Shown piece by piece: positions 7,608-20,011 of a stretch of DNA of 32,000 bases (positions are counted from its first letter, which is position 1; the number at the start of each line of letters is the position of its first letter). Origin of the DNA: Halalkalibacterium halodurans (GTDB taxonomy: Bacteria > Bacillota > Bacilli > Bacillales > Bacillaceae_D); assembly GCF_004376175.1 (NCBI RefSeq), contig NZ_SNUY01000001.1, positions 94,383 to 126,382 on the forward strand. Reading direction: 5' to 3'. Below the pieces are notes generated by a model. That model saw only the letters and a program-made list of their open reading frames with translations, searched no databases and was not told where the DNA came from. Both the position numbers and the translations under genes were made by a program.

Positions 7608-9377
7608 TCATGACTTTTCTTCATCATCACGGTAGCGATGGAACTGAATCGTAAAGGTTGTCCCTTTTCCGAATTCGCTCTCCACGAGGATTTTTCCTTG
7701 ATGGGCTTCTACAAGGTGCTTCACGATCGCAAGTCCAAGTCCAGTTCCTCCAGAGTTTCGACTTCTTGCCCGGTCCACCCGATAAAAACGTTCAAAAATA
7801 CGTGGAATTTCAGACTCTCTGATGCCAATGCCTGTATCGTTTACCTCAAATTCGACCACATCCCCATGATCTTTCAGGGCCAAATCGATTCGTCCCCCAT
7901 TCGATGTGTAAGTGATCGCATTGTTGACTAAATTAATCGCAATTTGCTTTAATCTTTCGGGATCCCCTTCGAGATCAAATGAACCCTCTGCCGAGAGGGA
8001 GATGTCAATCCCTTTCTCTTCTGCTTTCCCTTTCAACAATGTCATAACTTCACTAACCACTGCAAACAAATTTGTCTGTTGCCAATTTAACTGAAAATAG
8101 TTTTGCTCGATTTTGGAAAGCTCTAATAAATCGTGAATGAGGCTTTGAAGTCGCTCACTTTCCTTCCAAATAATGTGAAGAAACTGATCTCTGAGCTGTT
8201 CATCATGCATTGCCCCATCGAGCAGTGTTTCCGTAAATCCTTTGATGGAAGTCACTGGAGTTTTTAACTCATGAGATACGTTCGCTACAAAGTCTTTTCT
8301 AACTTGCTCAAGCTTTTTCAATTCGGTAATGTCATGGAAGACAAGAGCAATTCCTTTTAATTTTCCATTTTCCCTAACAATGGGGGCTCCGTGTACATCA
8401 AAATGTCGGTATTCCAGATGGATCGGCAGTTTCACTTGTCGCCGTTGCCGCTTTTCTGTTAAAAAGATATCTTGGACGATTTTAATGATTTCTTTATGCT
8501 TGATCACATCATGATACAACTGGTGGAGCCAAAGATCCGTATCTTCTTGGAAAATATCGTGGCATGTCTTGTTAATTAGAGAAATATCGCCTCGCGTGTT
8601 AATTAAAATAAGGCCGCTTCCCATATTTTCAATGAGCGTTTCTAGACGTTCTTTTTGGACTTGATGGCGCTTCGTCAACTGCTCCAAATTATAGGCCAAC
8701 ACATTGATGGAGCGATTTAATTGTCCAACTTCATCACGACTTTCCTCTGACGTCCGCGCTTGGTAATCCCCTTCGGCTAATTTGTTGGCCACAACTGTCG
8801 CACTCTCAATCGGGCGAATCATTTGGTTGGCAATGCGATAGGTGACAGAAACGATCACTAAAAACGCGATCGTAAAGCTCACAATGAGGATGGCCCAAAG
8901 CGTGCGATTAACAGAGTTCACCGCTTCAATTGGGAGCCCTAAGCGCACATAGCCAATGGTTTCATTCGCTTCATTTTGAATCGGAACAGCATAGAACAAT
9001 AATTCCGTTTCGACGGTCGTGCTGTAACGGACAATGCCTTCCTCAAGCTCAGTGAATTCCGGTCGATCGGCATGGTTTTCCATTTCCGCAGGGTCAGCTG
9101 CTGATTCCCCAACGACCGTACCATCTGCTAAAATGATCGTTACACGAGCATCTAGCTTTTGACTAATTTCCTCTGTTAGCGTCTGAACTTCATTGAATAA
9201 GACTGCCTCATTTTCAACCATCGAAGCTGCTAGGTACGTCTCCTTTTTGAGCCGATCAGTCAAATTTTCTAAATAAACATTTTTAAAGATTTGCCCGATG
9301 ACAAGACCTAGTCCTGCCATCACAAGAAGGGTGACGGTAAGCACAGCCAACACAAGACGGTAGCGAAATTTAGTCAT
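7608..9377 (-). CDS. phoR: Phosphate-sensing histidine kinase PhoR
   Basis: 589 aa with 2 TM, HAMP and PAS domains, H-box SHELKTPVTSI, and HATPase motifs DTGIGI and GGTGLGLAIV. Overlaps the phoP stop by 8 nt. Confidence 0.95.
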   Translation of the reverse strand: MTKFRYRLVLAVLTVTLLVMAGLGLVIGQIFKNVYLENLTDRLKKETYLAASMVENEAVLFNEVQTLTEEISQKLDARVTIILADGTVVGESAADPAEMENHADRPEFTELEEGIVRYSTTVETELLFYAVPIQNEANETIGYVRLGLPIEAVNSVNRTLWAILIVSFTIAFLVIVSVTYRIANQMIRPIESATVVANKLAEGDYQARTSEESRDEVGQLNRSINVLAYNLEQLTKRHQVQKERLETLIENMGSGLILINTRGDISLINKTCHDIFQEDTDLWLHQLYHDVIKHKEIIKIVQDIFLTEKRQRRQVKLPIHLEYRHFDVHGAPIVRENGKLKGIALVFHDITELKKLEQVRKDFVANVSHELKTPVTSIKGFTETLLDGAMHDEQLRDQFLHIIWKESERLQSLIHDLLELSKIEQNYFQLNWQQTNLFAVVSEVMTLLKGKAEEKGIDISLSAEGSFDLEGDPERLKQIAINLVNNAITYTSNGGRIDLALKDHGDVVEFEVNDTGIGIRESEIPRIFERFYRVDRARSRNSGGTGLGLAIVKHLVEAHQGKILVESEFGKGTTFTIQFHRYRDDEEKS

Positions 9378-10089
9378 TCAACTGCGGCTCCTCTAGCTTA
9401 TAGCCTAAGCCACGAATCGTTTTAATGTAAATCGGCTTTTTCGTATTTGGTTCAATCTTTTCTCTTAAATGACTAATGTGCACATCCACAATTCGAGTAT
9501 CACCAACGAATTCATAATTCCAAACCGCATTCAGCAGTTGATCCCTCGTAAGCACTCGACCTTTATGATTCGCTAAATAAAGAAGAAGTTCAAATTCTTT
9601 TGGTGTTAACTCAAGAGGCTGACCTTTTAAGTAGACTTCGTAATTATCAGGGTAAATTTCCACGTTGCCGAATGATAGGGTTGAAGTGGAACGGCTATTG
9701 TCTTCATGGTTATTTTGAGCATGTCCCACTCTCCGTAAAATGGCGCGCACTCTCGCCACAACCTCTCTGGGACTGAAAGGCTTTGTCATATAATCATCGG
9801 CTCCTAGCTCCAGCCCAAGAACTTTATCAAATTCGTCGTCTTTTGCAGTCAGCATAAGGATCGGGGTCATCACTTTACTTTGGCGGAGTTGTTTACATAC
9901 ATCGAGTCCATCCATTTCAGGTAACATGAGGTCTAAAATAATAAGATCGAACGTTTGCGTCTTAGCTAGTTGTAGCCCAGAAGCTCCATCCATTGCTGTC
10001 ACGACCTCGTAGCCTGACTGTTCAAGATTAAACTGCAATAACGTCACAATTGATTCTTCATCGTCTACTACTAACAATCTTTGTGTCAT
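9370..10089 (-). CDS. phoP: Response regulator PhoP (OmpR/PhoB family)
   Basis: 239 aa with a receiver domain (VVDDEESI, ILDLMLPEMDG, LTAKDD) and a winged helix (TIRGLGYKL). SD GGAGG upstream. Confidence 0.95.
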   Translation of the reverse strand: MTQRLLVVDDEESIVTLLQFNLEQSGYEVVTAMDGASGLQLAKTQTFDLIILDLMLPEMDGLDVCKQLRQSKVMTPILMLTAKDDEFDKVLGLELGADDYMTKPFSPREVVARVRAILRRVGHAQNNHEDNSRSTSTLSFGNVEIYPDNYEVYLKGQPLELTPKEFELLLYLANHKGRVLTRDQLLNAVWNYEFVGDTRIVDVHISHLREKIEPNTKKPIYIKTIRGLGYKLEEPQLND

Positions 10090-10151
10090 TCACTCAAATC
10101 CTCCATCAGCATATTTGAACGGTTTCCCCAAATCCCCTCTATCTAACACTT

Positions 10152-10160
10152 AGTATACCA
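10152..10160 (-). promoter_or_regulatory. Candidate extended -10 (TGgTATACT) upstream of phoP
   Basis: The minus strand reads tttatttgGTATACTaag about 65 nt upstream of the phoP ATG. No good -35 and no obvious Pho box here. Confidence 0.3.
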
Positions 10161-10220
10161 AATAAACAGATGCGATCCCATGAAGGCTTTTCTCACCTTA
10201 TAGAAAATATCTTTTATACT

Positions 10221-10252
10221 AGAAAAACTCCTGAAGTGATTTCCTTCAGGAG
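10221..10252 (-). terminator. Rho-independent terminator after mdh
   Basis: 9-bp stem ctcctgaag (10228-10236) / cttcaggag (10244-10252) followed on the minus strand by UUUUUCU. Confidence 0.75.
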
Positions 10253-10272
10253 CCTCTCTCTATACGCTACTA

Positions 10273-11217
10273 TTATTCTTTTGGTAGTGCCGACATGACG
10301 TTGCGAACAGATTCAATGGACTTAGCAAAGGTCGCTTTCTCTTCATCGGTTAGATCAAGCTCAATAACCTTTTCAATGCCGTCTCCGCCAAGAATCGTCG
10401 GAACTCCAACATAGATATCTTCATATCCATACTCACCTTCAAGGTAAGCAATCGTTGGAAGGACGCGTTTCTTATCTTTCAGAATGGCTTCGACCATCTC
10501 TGCAAGTGAAGCGGCTGGTGCATAATAAGCACTGCCATTTCCAAGCAAGCCGACAATTTCACCGCCGCCTTTGCGCGTACGTTCCACAATCGCATCGATG
10601 CGCTCTTGTGGAAGGAGTTTTTCAAGCGGAATCCCACCTGCATAGGAGTAACGAATCAATGGCACCATGTCATCCCCGTGCCCCCCAAGAACAAAACCTG
10701 TAATATCTTCAACAGATAGGTTAAGCTCTTGGGCGACGAACGTACGGAAGCGTGCCGTATCTAGAACGCCCGATTGACCGATGACGCGGTTTTTCGGGAA
10801 ACCAGATTCTTTATAAACGGTATAGGTCATCGCATCTGCTGGGTTCGTTAAAACAATAATGTAGGCGTTTGGTGAATGTTTCACCACTTCTTTCGTAACA
10901 GCCTTCATAATTCCCGCATTTGTTGATACGAGATCATCGCGGCTCATACCAGGCTTACGAGCAATTCCAGCCGTAATGACAACCACATCAGAATCCTTCG
11001 TATCTTCATAGCTAGACGTACCTGTGATGTTCACATCAACCCCTTGAACCGGCGTTGACTCGAGCATATCTAACGCTTTTCCTTTAGTCGGACCTTCCAT
11101 TTGCGGAATATCCACAAGAACGACATCACCTAATTCCTTTTGAGCAACCATTAGCGCTGTCGTAGCACCTGTGAAACCCGCCCCAATAACGGAGACCTTT
11201 CTGCGTTTAATTGCCAT
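10273..11217 (-). CDS. mdh: Malate dehydrogenase (LDH-like)
   Basis: 314 aa with Rossmann motif VIGAGFTG and LDH/MDH-family organisation. Third gene of citZ-icd-mdh. Confidence 0.96.
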   Translation of the reverse strand: MAIKRRKVSVIGAGFTGATTALMVAQKELGDVVLVDIPQMEGPTKGKALDMLESTPVQGVDVNITGTSSYEDTKDSDVVVITAGIARKPGMSRDDLVSTNAGIMKAVTKEVVKHSPNAYIIVLTNPADAMTYTVYKESGFPKNRVIGQSGVLDTARFRTFVAQELNLSVEDITGFVLGGHGDDMVPLIRYSYAGGIPLEKLLPQERIDAIVERTRKGGGEIVGLLGNGSAYYAPAASLAEMVEAILKDKKRVLPTIAYLEGEYGYEDIYVGVPTILGGDGIEKVIELDLTDEEKATFAKSIESVRNVMSALPKE

Positions 11218-11239
11218 CTTCCATCACTCCTAGATCAGA

Positions 11240-12508
11240 TTAAAGGTTCTTGATCAATTCATTCGCAAACTCTGAGCATTTGACTTCTGTAGCCCCATCC
11301 ATTAATCGAGCAAAGTCGTATGTGACAACTTTACTTTCGATCGTTTTGTCCATGGAAGCCATAATTAAGTCAGCAGCTTCATTCCAACCAAGGTGACGAA
11401 GCATGAGCTCACCAGATAAAAGTACAGAAGATGGATTCACTTTGTCGAGGCCTGCATATTTCGGCGCCGTTCCGTGAGTGGCCTCAAAAATGGCGTGACC
11501 TGTATCATAGTTAATGTTCGCTCCCGGCGCAATTCCGATACCGCCTACTTGAGCCGCGAGTGCATCGGAAATATAGTCACCGTTCAAGTTCATTGTTGCT
11601 ACAACATCGAACTCTTTCGGACGCGTTAAGATTTGTTGGAGGAAAATATCGGCAATTGAATCTTTGACGATAATTTTGCCTGCTGCTTCCGCCTCTGCTT
11701 GCGCTTTATCCGCAGCTTCCTTTCCTTGTTCTTCAACAATTTTGTCGTACTGTGCCCACGTGAATACTTTATCACCGAACTCGCGCTCAGCTACTTCGTA
11801 CCCCCAGTTTTTGAACGCACCTTCTGTAAACTTCATAATGTTACCTTTATGAACGAGGGTGACGCTCTTACGTCCTTCTGTAATCGCATATTGAATCGCT
11901 GCACGAACTAGTCGGTCTGTTCCCTCTTGAGAAACAGGTTTGATGCCAATACCAGAAGTTTCAGGGAAGCGAATTTTCTTAACGCCCATTTCTTCCCGTA
12001 AGAAGTTGATTACTTTCTTCACTTCATCCGTTCCAGCCTGATACTCAATTCCTGCGTAGATGTCTTCAGAGTTTTCACGGAAAATAACCATGTTCGTATC
12101 TTCCGGACGTTTGACTGGAGATGGAACCCCATTAAAATAACGAACTGGACGCAAGCAAACATAAAGGTCAAGTTCTTGACGTAATGCCACGTTTAAAGAA
12201 CGAATGCCTCCTCCAACTGGAGTCGTAAGCGGTCCTTTAATAGCGATTGTATACTCGCGAATCGTTTCAAGCGTCTCATCTGGAAGCCATTGGCCTGTTT
12301 GATTGAACGCTTTCTCACCTGCCAAAATTTCTTTCCAGACAATTTTCTTTTCTCCGTTGTACGCTTTCTCCACAGCCGCATCGATCACCCGATGTGCAGC
12401 CGCCCAAATATCAGGACCTGTTCCATCCCCTTCGATAAATGGGATAATTGGATTGTTTGGTACTTCAAGTACCCCTGCACTTACTTTAATTTTCTCTCCG
12501 TTTGCCAT
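11240..12508 (-). CDS. icd: NADP-dependent isocitrate dehydrogenase
   Basis: 422 aa with the conserved loop [30 protein letters not shown] upstream. Confidence 0.96.
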   Translation of the reverse strand: MANGEKIKVSAGVLEVPNNPIIPFIEGDGTGPDIWAAAHRVIDAAVEKAYNGEKKIVWKEILAGEKAFNQTGQWLPDETLETIREYTIAIKGPLTTPVGGGIRSLNVALRQELDLYVCLRPVRYFNGVPSPVKRPEDTNMVIFRENSEDIYAGIEYQAGTDEVKKVINFLREEMGVKKIRFPETSGIGIKPVSQEGTDRLVRAAIQYAITEGRKSVTLVHKGNIMKFTEGAFKNWGYEVAEREFGDKVFTWAQYDKIVEEQGKEAADKAQAEAEAAGKIIVKDSIADIFLQQILTRPKEFDVVATMNLNGDYISDALAAQVGGIGIAPGANINYDTGHAIFEATHGTAPKYAGLDKVNPSSVLLSGELMLRHLGWNEAADLIMASMDKTIESKVVTYDFARLMDGATEVKCSEFANELIKNL

Positions 12509-12584
12509 GAATGTTACCTCCTATGCGTTCGTCTTCCTCTCTTACTTCTATGTACACGGAGGACACACCTCCGACTGTACTCGT

Positions 12585-13703
12585 TTAGTTGCGCTCTTCC
12601 AAACGTACATATTGTCGCTTGTTCGGTCCAACATATTCTGCCCGAGGGCGAATCAAGCGGTTGTTGCTGTATTGCTCTAAAATATGAGCCAACCATCCGC
12701 TCATACGGCTAACAGCAAAAATCGGTGTAAATAAGTCGTGTTTGATTCCAAGACTATGGTAAACGCTAGCGGAATAGAAATCAACGTTTGGCAATAGTCC
12801 TTTTTCATTTGTTACGATTTCTTCAATTTTCACAGACATCTCGTACCACTTGCTTTCGCCCGTAATGCTCGTTAATTTCTTAGACATTTCCCGTAGGTGT
12901 TTAGCACGTGGATCGCCATTTTTATACACTCGGTGACCGAAGCCCATAATTTTTTGTTTGTTGTCCAAAGCTTTGCGGATGTAAGGTTCAACGTTTTCAA
13001 CATCGCCGATTTCCGTGAGCATGGCCATTACCTGTTCGTTGGCCCCACCGTGAAGAGGTCCCTTTAATGCCCCAATCGCTGCTGTAATACCAGAGTAAAC
13101 GTCAGAAAGAGTCGCAACACAGACTCGTGCTGTGAATGTAGAGGCGTTTAGCTCGTGATCAGCATGCAGAACAAGTGCTTTATTAAATGCATTAACCGCT
13201 ATTTCATCTGGCTCTTCTCCTGTTAGCATGTACAAGAAATTCGCCGCAAAACTTAAATCTGTACGAGGAGCAACAGGCTCTTTTCCTTCGCGAATGCGAG
13301 AAAACGCTGTCACAACCGTTGAAACTTGCGCTTGAAGCTTCAATGCCTTTCGCTTGTTTGCTGCTTCATCCATAAGATCCGCTTCCTCATCATACAAGCC
13401 TAAGCTTGAAATCGCTGTGCGAAGAGCGCCCATTGGGTGTACGCGATCTAACGGATAAGCTTTCATTTGCTCAATGACTTCTTGCGGGATTTCAGCGTTA
13501 TTTGCAAGTTCATCTGCAAGTTCTTTAAGCTCTACTTTATTTGGGAGCTTTCCATTCCAAAGAAGGTATATTACTTCTTCAAAACTTGCATGTTCAGCAA
13601 GTTCATCAATATCGTATCCTTGATACGTTAATACACTTTCAATAATCGAACTTACGCTAGATGTCGTCGCAACGACGCCTTCAAGACCACGAGTGACACT
13701 CAT
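12585..13703 (-). CDS. citZ: Citrate synthase II
   Basis: 372 aa from ATG 13703 (SD GGAGAGGG), the same length as B. subtilis CitZ as I recall it. Motifs HADHE and GFGHRVYK. The ORF-track start at 13745 adds 14 residues with no SD. Confidence 0.94.
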   Translation of the reverse strand: MSVTRGLEGVVATTSSVSSIIESVLTYQGYDIDELAEHASFEEVIYLLWNGKLPNKVELKELADELANNAEIPQEVIEQMKAYPLDRVHPMGALRTAISSLGLYDEEADLMDEAANKRKALKLQAQVSTVVTAFSRIREGKEPVAPRTDLSFAANFLYMLTGEEPDEIAVNAFNKALVLHADHELNASTFTARVCVATLSDVYSGITAAIGALKGPLHGGANEQVMAMLTEIGDVENVEPYIRKALDNKQKIMGFGHRVYKNGDPRAKHLREMSKKLTSITGESKWYEMSVKIEEIVTNEKGLLPNVDFYSASVYHSLGIKHDLFTPIFAVSRMSGWLAHILEQYSNNRLIRPRAEYVGPNKRQYVRLEERN

Positions 13704-13870
13704 ACTACCCTCTCCTTTTCCTATTACTTTTACTCTTAAATGCAACGGATTGATCAGGGGCTTTATCGATATGTATCTTTTCCCTGTCCCGTTTTTGAAA
13801 AGCTTTTGGAAAACGTAACAAAATCACATTTTCCTCTATTGTTGTACAGGAAGGAAGTCAACCAATTCTT

Positions 13871-13899
13871 ATTATAAACATTATTTCAACTTTTGTGAA
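13871..13899 (-). promoter_or_regulatory. Candidate sigmaA promoter of citZ (TTCACA-17-TATAAT)
   Basis: -35 at 13899-13894 and -10 at 13876-13871 on the minus strand, implying a ~165-nt leader. Confidence 0.35.
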
Positions 13900-13987
13900 T
13901 GTTTAAGAGCATTTTTCGACAAGAAGGTTTCTCCAGCGAAGAGCGAAATTCCTTTTAAAATAAAGGTGTTTGCGCAGAACGGCATGA

Positions 13988-14461
13988 TTATCCCCAAAAC
14001 GAACCGAGCCACTGGACAACCTTCATTGTCAAATAGGCAATCCCAGCGCCAATTAAAGGCCCTACAGCCACACCATTAAATACGGCAACAGCAAGAATCG
14101 TACCGAGCACGAGTGCTGTCGTAATATGAGGGTCATTCTTTAACAAATCAATTCCACTTGCTGCAATGAGCGCAACGACAACGCCTGAAAGAAGAGCAAC
14201 CCATGCATAAGATGAACGGATCGCTTCCCCCATTTGCTTAAACCCGATTTCTCCCGTCGCAATCGGTGTTAGTACAGCAATTGTAATAATGGTTACACCA
14301 AGACTGATACCTTTTTGCTGAAAAAATGGGAAAACCTTGTCCCCAACGCCAATAAATTTAATGACGAGGAGCACAAGTACTGCAATAAGTAGCGATTGAT
14401 TTTTTGCTAGTAGTGCAATCACTAACAAAACAAGCATAAAAATAGTCGCTTGAGATATCAA
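13988..14461 (-). CDS. ytwI: UPF0756 (DUF441) membrane protein YtwI
   Basis: Polytopic membrane ORF aligning with B. subtilis YtwI (LLAKNQSLL, VTIITIAVLTPIATGEIGFKQ). The probable start is TTG 14461 after AGGAGGAAGGAAGG. The ATG at 14530 lies inside the predicted -35 element. Confidence 0.8.
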   Translation of the reverse strand: MISQATIFMLVLLVIALLAKNQSLLIAVLVLLVIKFIGVGDKVFPFFQQKGISLGVTIITIAVLTPIATGEIGFKQMGEAIRSSYAWVALLSGVVVALIAASGIDLLKNDPHITTALVLGTILAVAVFNGVAVGPLIGAGIAYLTMKVVQWLGSFWG

Positions 14462-14500
14462 CTTTTGTTGTCCTTCCTTCCTCCTAAACAATCCTCGTTC

Positions 14501-14530
14501 ATCATACCATAAATGTAAGCGCTTTGTCAT
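14501..14530 (-). promoter_or_regulatory. Candidate sigmaA promoter of ytwI (ATGACA-18-TGgTATGAT)
   Basis: -35 ATGACA (14530-14525) and extended -10 TGGTATGAT (14509-14501) on the minus strand. Confidence 0.45.
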
Positions 14531-14599
14531 GTTTCATAGTATTTGCTCAGCGGCTAGGACATATCATAAAACAAAATCCAGAACGACCTCGCTTCTCGG

Positions 14600-14633
14600 C
14601 CAAACCATGCGAAAAAGCCCTATGCTGCTAGTG
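14600..14633 (-). terminator. Rho-independent terminator after fxsA
   Basis: 10-bp stem (two G-U pairs) at 14607-14616 / 14624-14633 with a 7-nt loop, followed on the minus strand by UUUUUC. Confidence 0.6.
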
Positions 14634-14659
14634 AGCACAAGGCAACTAACTTTAACGGA

Positions 14660-15055
14660 TCACCGTCTTGAAATGAAGACGAATGAACCATTTCGAGCCA
14701 TTTTATTGAACAGTTTAAGAATGAAGCCCTTCGCAATTCCTCTCGTTTGTGGGATCAGAAGAAAGAACCCAAGGGCATCTGTAATAAATCCTGGTTTAAG
14801 TAACACAACACCGCCTATCAGGATACAAATGCCGTCAAGAAGCATGTCACTTGGAACTCGGCCTTGCTCTACCTCAAGCTGCGCTAAGCGAATCGTTTGT
14901 AATCCTTCTCGTTTCGCAAGCCATGCTCCCAGAACACCTGTGAGCAAAATCAACCCAATGGTAGGCCAAAGGCCAATCGCTTGGCCAAATAAAATCAAAA
15001 GGGCAATTTCAGCTGCAGGGACAATGATAATGAGCAACAATAAGATTCGAAACAT
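14660..15055 (-). CDS. fxsA: FxsA-family membrane protein (YtzA-like)
   Basis: 131 aa with an N-terminus typical of FxsA (MFRILLLLIIIVPAAEIALLILFGQAIG). SD AAGGGAG upstream. Confidence 0.85.
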   Translation of the reverse strand: MFRILLLLIIIVPAAEIALLILFGQAIGLWPTIGLILLTGVLGAWLAKREGLQTIRLAQLEVEQGRVPSDMLLDGICILIGGVVLLKPGFITDALGFFLLIPQTRGIAKGFILKLFNKMARNGSFVFISRR

Positions 15056-15075
15056 CGCACATCTCCCTTATCATA

Positions 15076-15105
15076 GAGAAAAAGAGAAGGGATTTTCCCT
15101 TCTCT
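15076..15105 (-). terminator. Rho-independent terminator after pyk
   Basis: 9-bp stem agagaaggg (15083-15091) / cccttctct (15097-15105) followed on the minus strand by UUUUUC. Confidence 0.75.
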
Positions 15106-15110
15106 TTTCA

Positions 15111-16865
15111 TTATAGTACACTTGCTTGCCCTCTGTAAATGTCACCGCGGCTCGTATCGACCGTTATTTCTTCCCCATCTTTAAAGAGCGCAGACGCATT
15201 TTGTACACCGACGATCACAGGTGTATTAAGACTTAGACCAACAACTGCGGCATGGGATGTAATCCCACCTTCTTCGGTAATGACGGCGGCTGCTTTTTCA
15301 AAGGCTGGCATCATATCCTTATCCGTGCTGAAAGTAACTAAAATCGACCCTTCTTCAACCTTTGCATTTGCTTCCTCTGCATTAGCAGCAATGACGACTT
15401 TGCCGTTCACCGTGACGCGTCCAATGCCTTGACCTTTCGCGACCACTTCACCAATGACGTGAACTTTCATAATGTTCGTCGTTCCTGTCTCTCCCACTGG
15501 AACACCTGCCGTGATGACGACAAGATCCCCTTGTTTCACCAATTGGGACTTTAACGCTGTCTCAACGGTCACTTGAAGCATATCATCCGTCGTCTCTGCC
15601 TCTTCTCCAAGGATTGAATACACTCCCCAAACGAGAGCGAGTTGACGAACAACTGTTTCGTTACTTGTAACTGCTACAATTGGTGATTTCGGGCGGTATT
15701 TCGCTACTACGCGAGCTGTATGGCCGCTTTCAGTCGCCGTCAAGATTGCACTTGCATTCAAGTTGAATGCTGTGTGGCCAACCGATTGACTAATAGCACT
15801 CGTAATCGTCGTTCTCGCTTCTTTTGTATGCTTGGACAAGATTTCTTGATAGTTTAGGGCTTGCTCTGCACGCTCTGCAATTCGGCTCATCGTCTGAACC
15901 GCCTCGACTGGATAATCCCCAGCTGCGGTTTCACCGGAAAGCATGATCGCATCCGTTCCATCAAAAATCGCATTCGCTACATCACTAGCTTCGGCTCGAG
16001 TTGGACGTGGGTTACGCTGCATCGAGTCAAGCATCTGTGTCGCTGTAATAACAGGTTTAGCTACAAGGTTGCATTTCTTAATAAGCGACTTTTGCACAAG
16101 TGGAACTTCCTCAGCAGGAATCTCTACCCCTAGATCTCCGCGGGCCACCATCAAACCGTCTGATACTTCAAGAATTTCCTCGATGTTATCAACGCCTTCT
16201 TGATTCTCGATCTTAGGGATGATTTTAATATGCTCTGCCCCGTGCTGCTCAAGCAATTCGCGAATTTCTAGTACATCTTGCGCTCTGCGAACGAATGAAG
16301 CTGCAATGAAATCGACGCCTTGCTCTATCCCAAACTTGATATCCGCTGCGTCTTTTTCTGTGATTCCAGGCAGGTTGACGCTTACGTTCGGGACATTGAC
16401 ACCTTTTTTATTTTTCAATGTGCCGCTGTTCAAGACTTTTGTCAAAATCTCTTGATCGCGAACCTCAACGACTTCTAGCCCAATTAACCCATCATCTAAT
16501 AAAATTTTTGCACCTGGTACAACATCATGCACTAGGCCCGGATATGTGACAGAAATACGCTCACTCGTACCTACAACCTCCTTCATAGAGATGACAAGCT
16601 CTTGCCCTGCCTTTAATTCGGCCACGCCCCCTTCAAGGGTTTGGGTACGAATTTCCGGTCCTTTTGTATCAAGTAAAATCGCAACTGTTTTTCCGATACG
16701 TTTCGCTGCTTCTCGAATGTTTTTGATTCGTGCACCGTGCTCTTCAAAGTCCCCATGGGAAAAATTTAACCGCGCAACATTCATGCCTGCTTCCATTAAT
16801 TGTTCTAACTTTTCTACACTTTCACTCGCCGGACCGATCGTACAAACGATTTTTGTCTTTCGCAT
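15111..16865 (-). CDS. pyk: Pyruvate kinase with C-terminal PEP-utilizer domain
   Basis: 584 aa from ATG 16865 (SD GGGGAGG, 7-nt spacer). N-terminus [14 protein letters not shown] and a C-terminal swivel domain ([11 protein letters not shown]), as in Bacillus Pyk. Confidence 0.96.
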   Translation of the reverse strand: MRKTKIVCTIGPASESVEKLEQLMEAGMNVARLNFSHGDFEEHGARIKNIREAAKRIGKTVAILLDTKGPEIRTQTLEGGVAELKAGQELVISMKEVVGTSERISVTYPGLVHDVVPGAKILLDDGLIGLEVVEVRDQEILTKVLNSGTLKNKKGVNVPNVSVNLPGITEKDAADIKFGIEQGVDFIAASFVRRAQDVLEIRELLEQHGAEHIKIIPKIENQEGVDNIEEILEVSDGLMVARGDLGVEIPAEEVPLVQKSLIKKCNLVAKPVITATQMLDSMQRNPRPTRAEASDVANAIFDGTDAIMLSGETAAGDYPVEAVQTMSRIAERAEQALNYQEILSKHTKEARTTITSAISQSVGHTAFNLNASAILTATESGHTARVVAKYRPKSPIVAVTSNETVVRQLALVWGVYSILGEEAETTDDMLQVTVETALKSQLVKQGDLVVITAGVPVGETGTTNIMKVHVIGEVVAKGQGIGRVTVNGKVVIAANAEEANAKVEEGSILVTFSTDKDMMPAFEKAAAVITEEGGITSHAAVVGLSLNTPVIVGVQNASALFKDGEEITVDTSRGDIYRGQASVL

Positions 16866-16915
16866 TTCATTGCCTCCCCTGTTTTCCTTCAACAGCTCTT
16901 TTATAAGAACCTTTG

Positions 16916-17947
<1,032 letters not shown>

Positions 17948-18069
17948 TCATCGTGAAACGTCTTCCCCAAGCAGATCTGCTCATTCTGAACACAAACTTG
18001 TGACCATTGGCCCTCATTTTTTAAAAATACCACTTTAACGAGCTGAATACAACTATGGACAAGACATAA

Positions 18070-18104
18070 TGAAAAGTGCTTCCTCTTAGGAAGAAAGCAC
18101 TTTG
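18070..18104 (-). terminator. Rho-independent terminator after accA
   Basis: Imperfect hairpin aaagtgc...gcacttt (18073-18103) followed on the minus strand by UUUUCAUU. Confidence 0.6.
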
Positions 18105-18107
18105 TCT

Positions 18108-19085
18108 TTAATTGACGCTTATGGCATCGTTTACATGGGAAAACTCCCCAATTTTCTTGTATTTTTCGTAACGCTTATTCAGAAGTTCTTCCGTCGTTAG
18201 GGATGACAATTGCTTTAACGATTTCTCTAGCACTTGATCAATAGCTTCGGCCTGTTCGGCTACATTACGGTGAGCACCGCCTCTAACTTCAGGAATAATG
18301 TCATCTATAATTTGGAGCTCCTTTAAATCAGGTGCTGTAATTTTCATCGTTTCTGCGGCCCGTTGTGCTTGGGATGCATCTTTCCAAAGCAAAGCGGCTG
18401 CTCCTTCAGGAGAAATAACCGAATAGGTGGAGTTTTCTAGCATGTGGATTCGATCCCCTACTCCTAACGCTAGCGCCCCTCCACTTCCTCCTTCACCGAT
18501 CACGATGCAAACAATTGGAACTTTCAATCCTGCCATTTCCAATAGGTTACGGGCAATCGCTTCACTCTGCCCCCGTTCTTCGGCCGCCTTTCCAGGGTAC
18601 GCTCCCTTCGTATCAATAAAACAGATGACTGGACGGTGGAACTTTTCCGCCTGTTTCATTAAACGTAACGCCTTACGGTAGCCTTCAGGATGAGGCATTC
18701 CAAAGTTGCGGCGAATGTTCTCCTTCGTATCTTTGCCCCGCTGATGGCCAATCACGGTTACAGGTTGGCCTTTGTATTTCGCAATCCCAGCAACAATCGC
18801 TTCATCATCACCATACAATCGATCTCCGTGCATTTCTAAAAAATCCGAGAACAATTGCTCGATATAATCCAACGTCGTTGGCCTCTCGCCATGGCGAGCA
18901 ATCTGTACCCGTTGCCACGGCTTCAAGTTACCGTAAATATTCTCTTCAAGGGCATGAAGTCGTTTTTCTAGCTTTTCAATCTCATCCGAAAGATCGATCT
19001 CTTTTTCTTCTGTAAATGTGCGCAATTCTTCAATCTTTCCTTTCAAGTCGCGAATCGGCTTCTCGAAGTCAAGCTCAGTTGACAT
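18108..19085 (-). CDS. accA: Acetyl-CoA carboxylase carboxyltransferase alpha subunit
   Basis: 325 aa from ATG 19085 (SD AGGAGG, 8-nt spacer). The SD sits immediately after the accD stop. Confidence 0.95.
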   Translation of the reverse strand: MSTELDFEKPIRDLKGKIEELRTFTEEKEIDLSDEIEKLEKRLHALEENIYGNLKPWQRVQIARHGERPTTLDYIEQLFSDFLEMHGDRLYGDDEAIVAGIAKYKGQPVTVIGHQRGKDTKENIRRNFGMPHPEGYRKALRLMKQAEKFHRPVICFIDTKGAYPGKAAEERGQSEAIARNLLEMAGLKVPIVCIVIGEGGSGGALALGVGDRIHMLENSTYSVISPEGAAALLWKDASQAQRAAETMKITAPDLKELQIIDDIIPEVRGGAHRNVAEQAEAIDQVLEKSLKQLSSLTTEELLNKRYEKYKKIGEFSHVNDAISVN

Positions 19086-19097
19086 TGACCTCACCTC

Positions 19098-19946
19098 CTA
19101 TGAAACATGATGGATATCAAGGATTTTGGTCAAAGTGTCTTTCATCTCTGACCTTGGAATAACCCGATCTAGCTGTCCATGCTTTAACAAAAATTCTGCT
19201 GTCTGAAAGTCATTTGGTAATTCCTCACGGATGGTTTGCTCAATGATTCGACGCCCTGCAAACCCAATGAGCGCTCCAGGTTCAGCAAAATTGTAGTCAC
19301 CTAATGAAGCAAAGCTTGCCGATACCCCACCAGTCGTTGGATGGGTCATAACCGAAATGAACAAACCACCTACTCGGTCTAGACGTTCGAGAGCAGCACT
19401 TGTTTTTGCCATTTGCATTAAGCTTAATACCCCTTCTTGCATACGCGCCCCGCCCGATGCAGAGAAAAGGAGGAATGGCTGCTTGTTTTCGATCGCCCGC
19501 TCAATAGCACGGGTGATTTTTTCCCCAACGACTGATCCCATGCTCCCCATCCGGAAGCGAGCATCCATGACACCGATGACGAGCGGAAACCCGTTCATCG
19601 TTCCTTCTCCCGTCACAATCGCTTCATTTAAGTTCGTTTTCTTTCGATCCGCTTCCACCTTTTCACGATACGTCGGAAACGAAAGTGGATCTTCCGTCGT
19701 CATCCCTTTATCCAGCTCTACAAAGGTTCCTGGATCCAGCAAACTTTCGATCCGATCGAAAGCGTTCATTCTGTGGTGGAAGCCACATGAATCACATACG
19801 TATAAATTTTTTTTCAACTCTTTTGTATACATAATCGTCCGACATGAAGGACATTTTGTCATAATCCCTTCAGGTATATCATGCTTCGCCCGCTCAGAAG
19901 GGATCGTTGCATATCGCTTTTTCTTAGAAAAAAAGTCTTTTAGCAC
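19098..19946 (-). CDS. accD: Acetyl-CoA carboxylase carboxyltransferase beta subunit
   Basis: C4 zinc ribbon [26 protein letters not shown] plus a carboxyltransferase domain. GTG 19946 (SD AAGAGGTG, 6-nt spacer) aligns with the B. subtilis AccD N-terminus MLKDIFTKKKKYA. An alternative ATG at 20012 overlaps the upstream stop as TAATG. Confidence 0.9.
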   Translation of the reverse strand: MLKDFFSKKKRYATIPSERAKHDIPEGIMTKCPSCRTIMYTKELKKNLYVCDSCGFHHRMNAFDRIESLLDPGTFVELDKGMTTEDPLSFPTYREKVEADRKKTNLNEAIVTGEGTMNGFPLVIGVMDARFRMGSMGSVVGEKITRAIERAIENKQPFLLFSASGGARMQEGVLSLMQMAKTSAALERLDRVGGLFISVMTHPTTGGVSASFASLGDYNFAEPGALIGFAGRRIIEQTIREELPNDFQTAEFLLKHGQLDRVIPRSEMKDTLTKILDIHHVS

Positions 19947-20011
19947 ACTCGACACCTCTTTTTTCGCTATGTAATGAACTGGAAGTGCCTTTCCATCGCT
20001 TCCTTGATCCA

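Noticed and set aside
13807-13822. cre-like (CcpA) sequence TTGGAAAACGTAACAA in the citZ leader, and an ATAA-aca-TTAT dyad (13874-13884) as a CcpC box
   Set aside because: The cre match is out of register by one base relative to WTGNAANCGNWNNCW. The dyad has the wrong spacing and overlaps the -10, unlike the B. subtilis arrangement.
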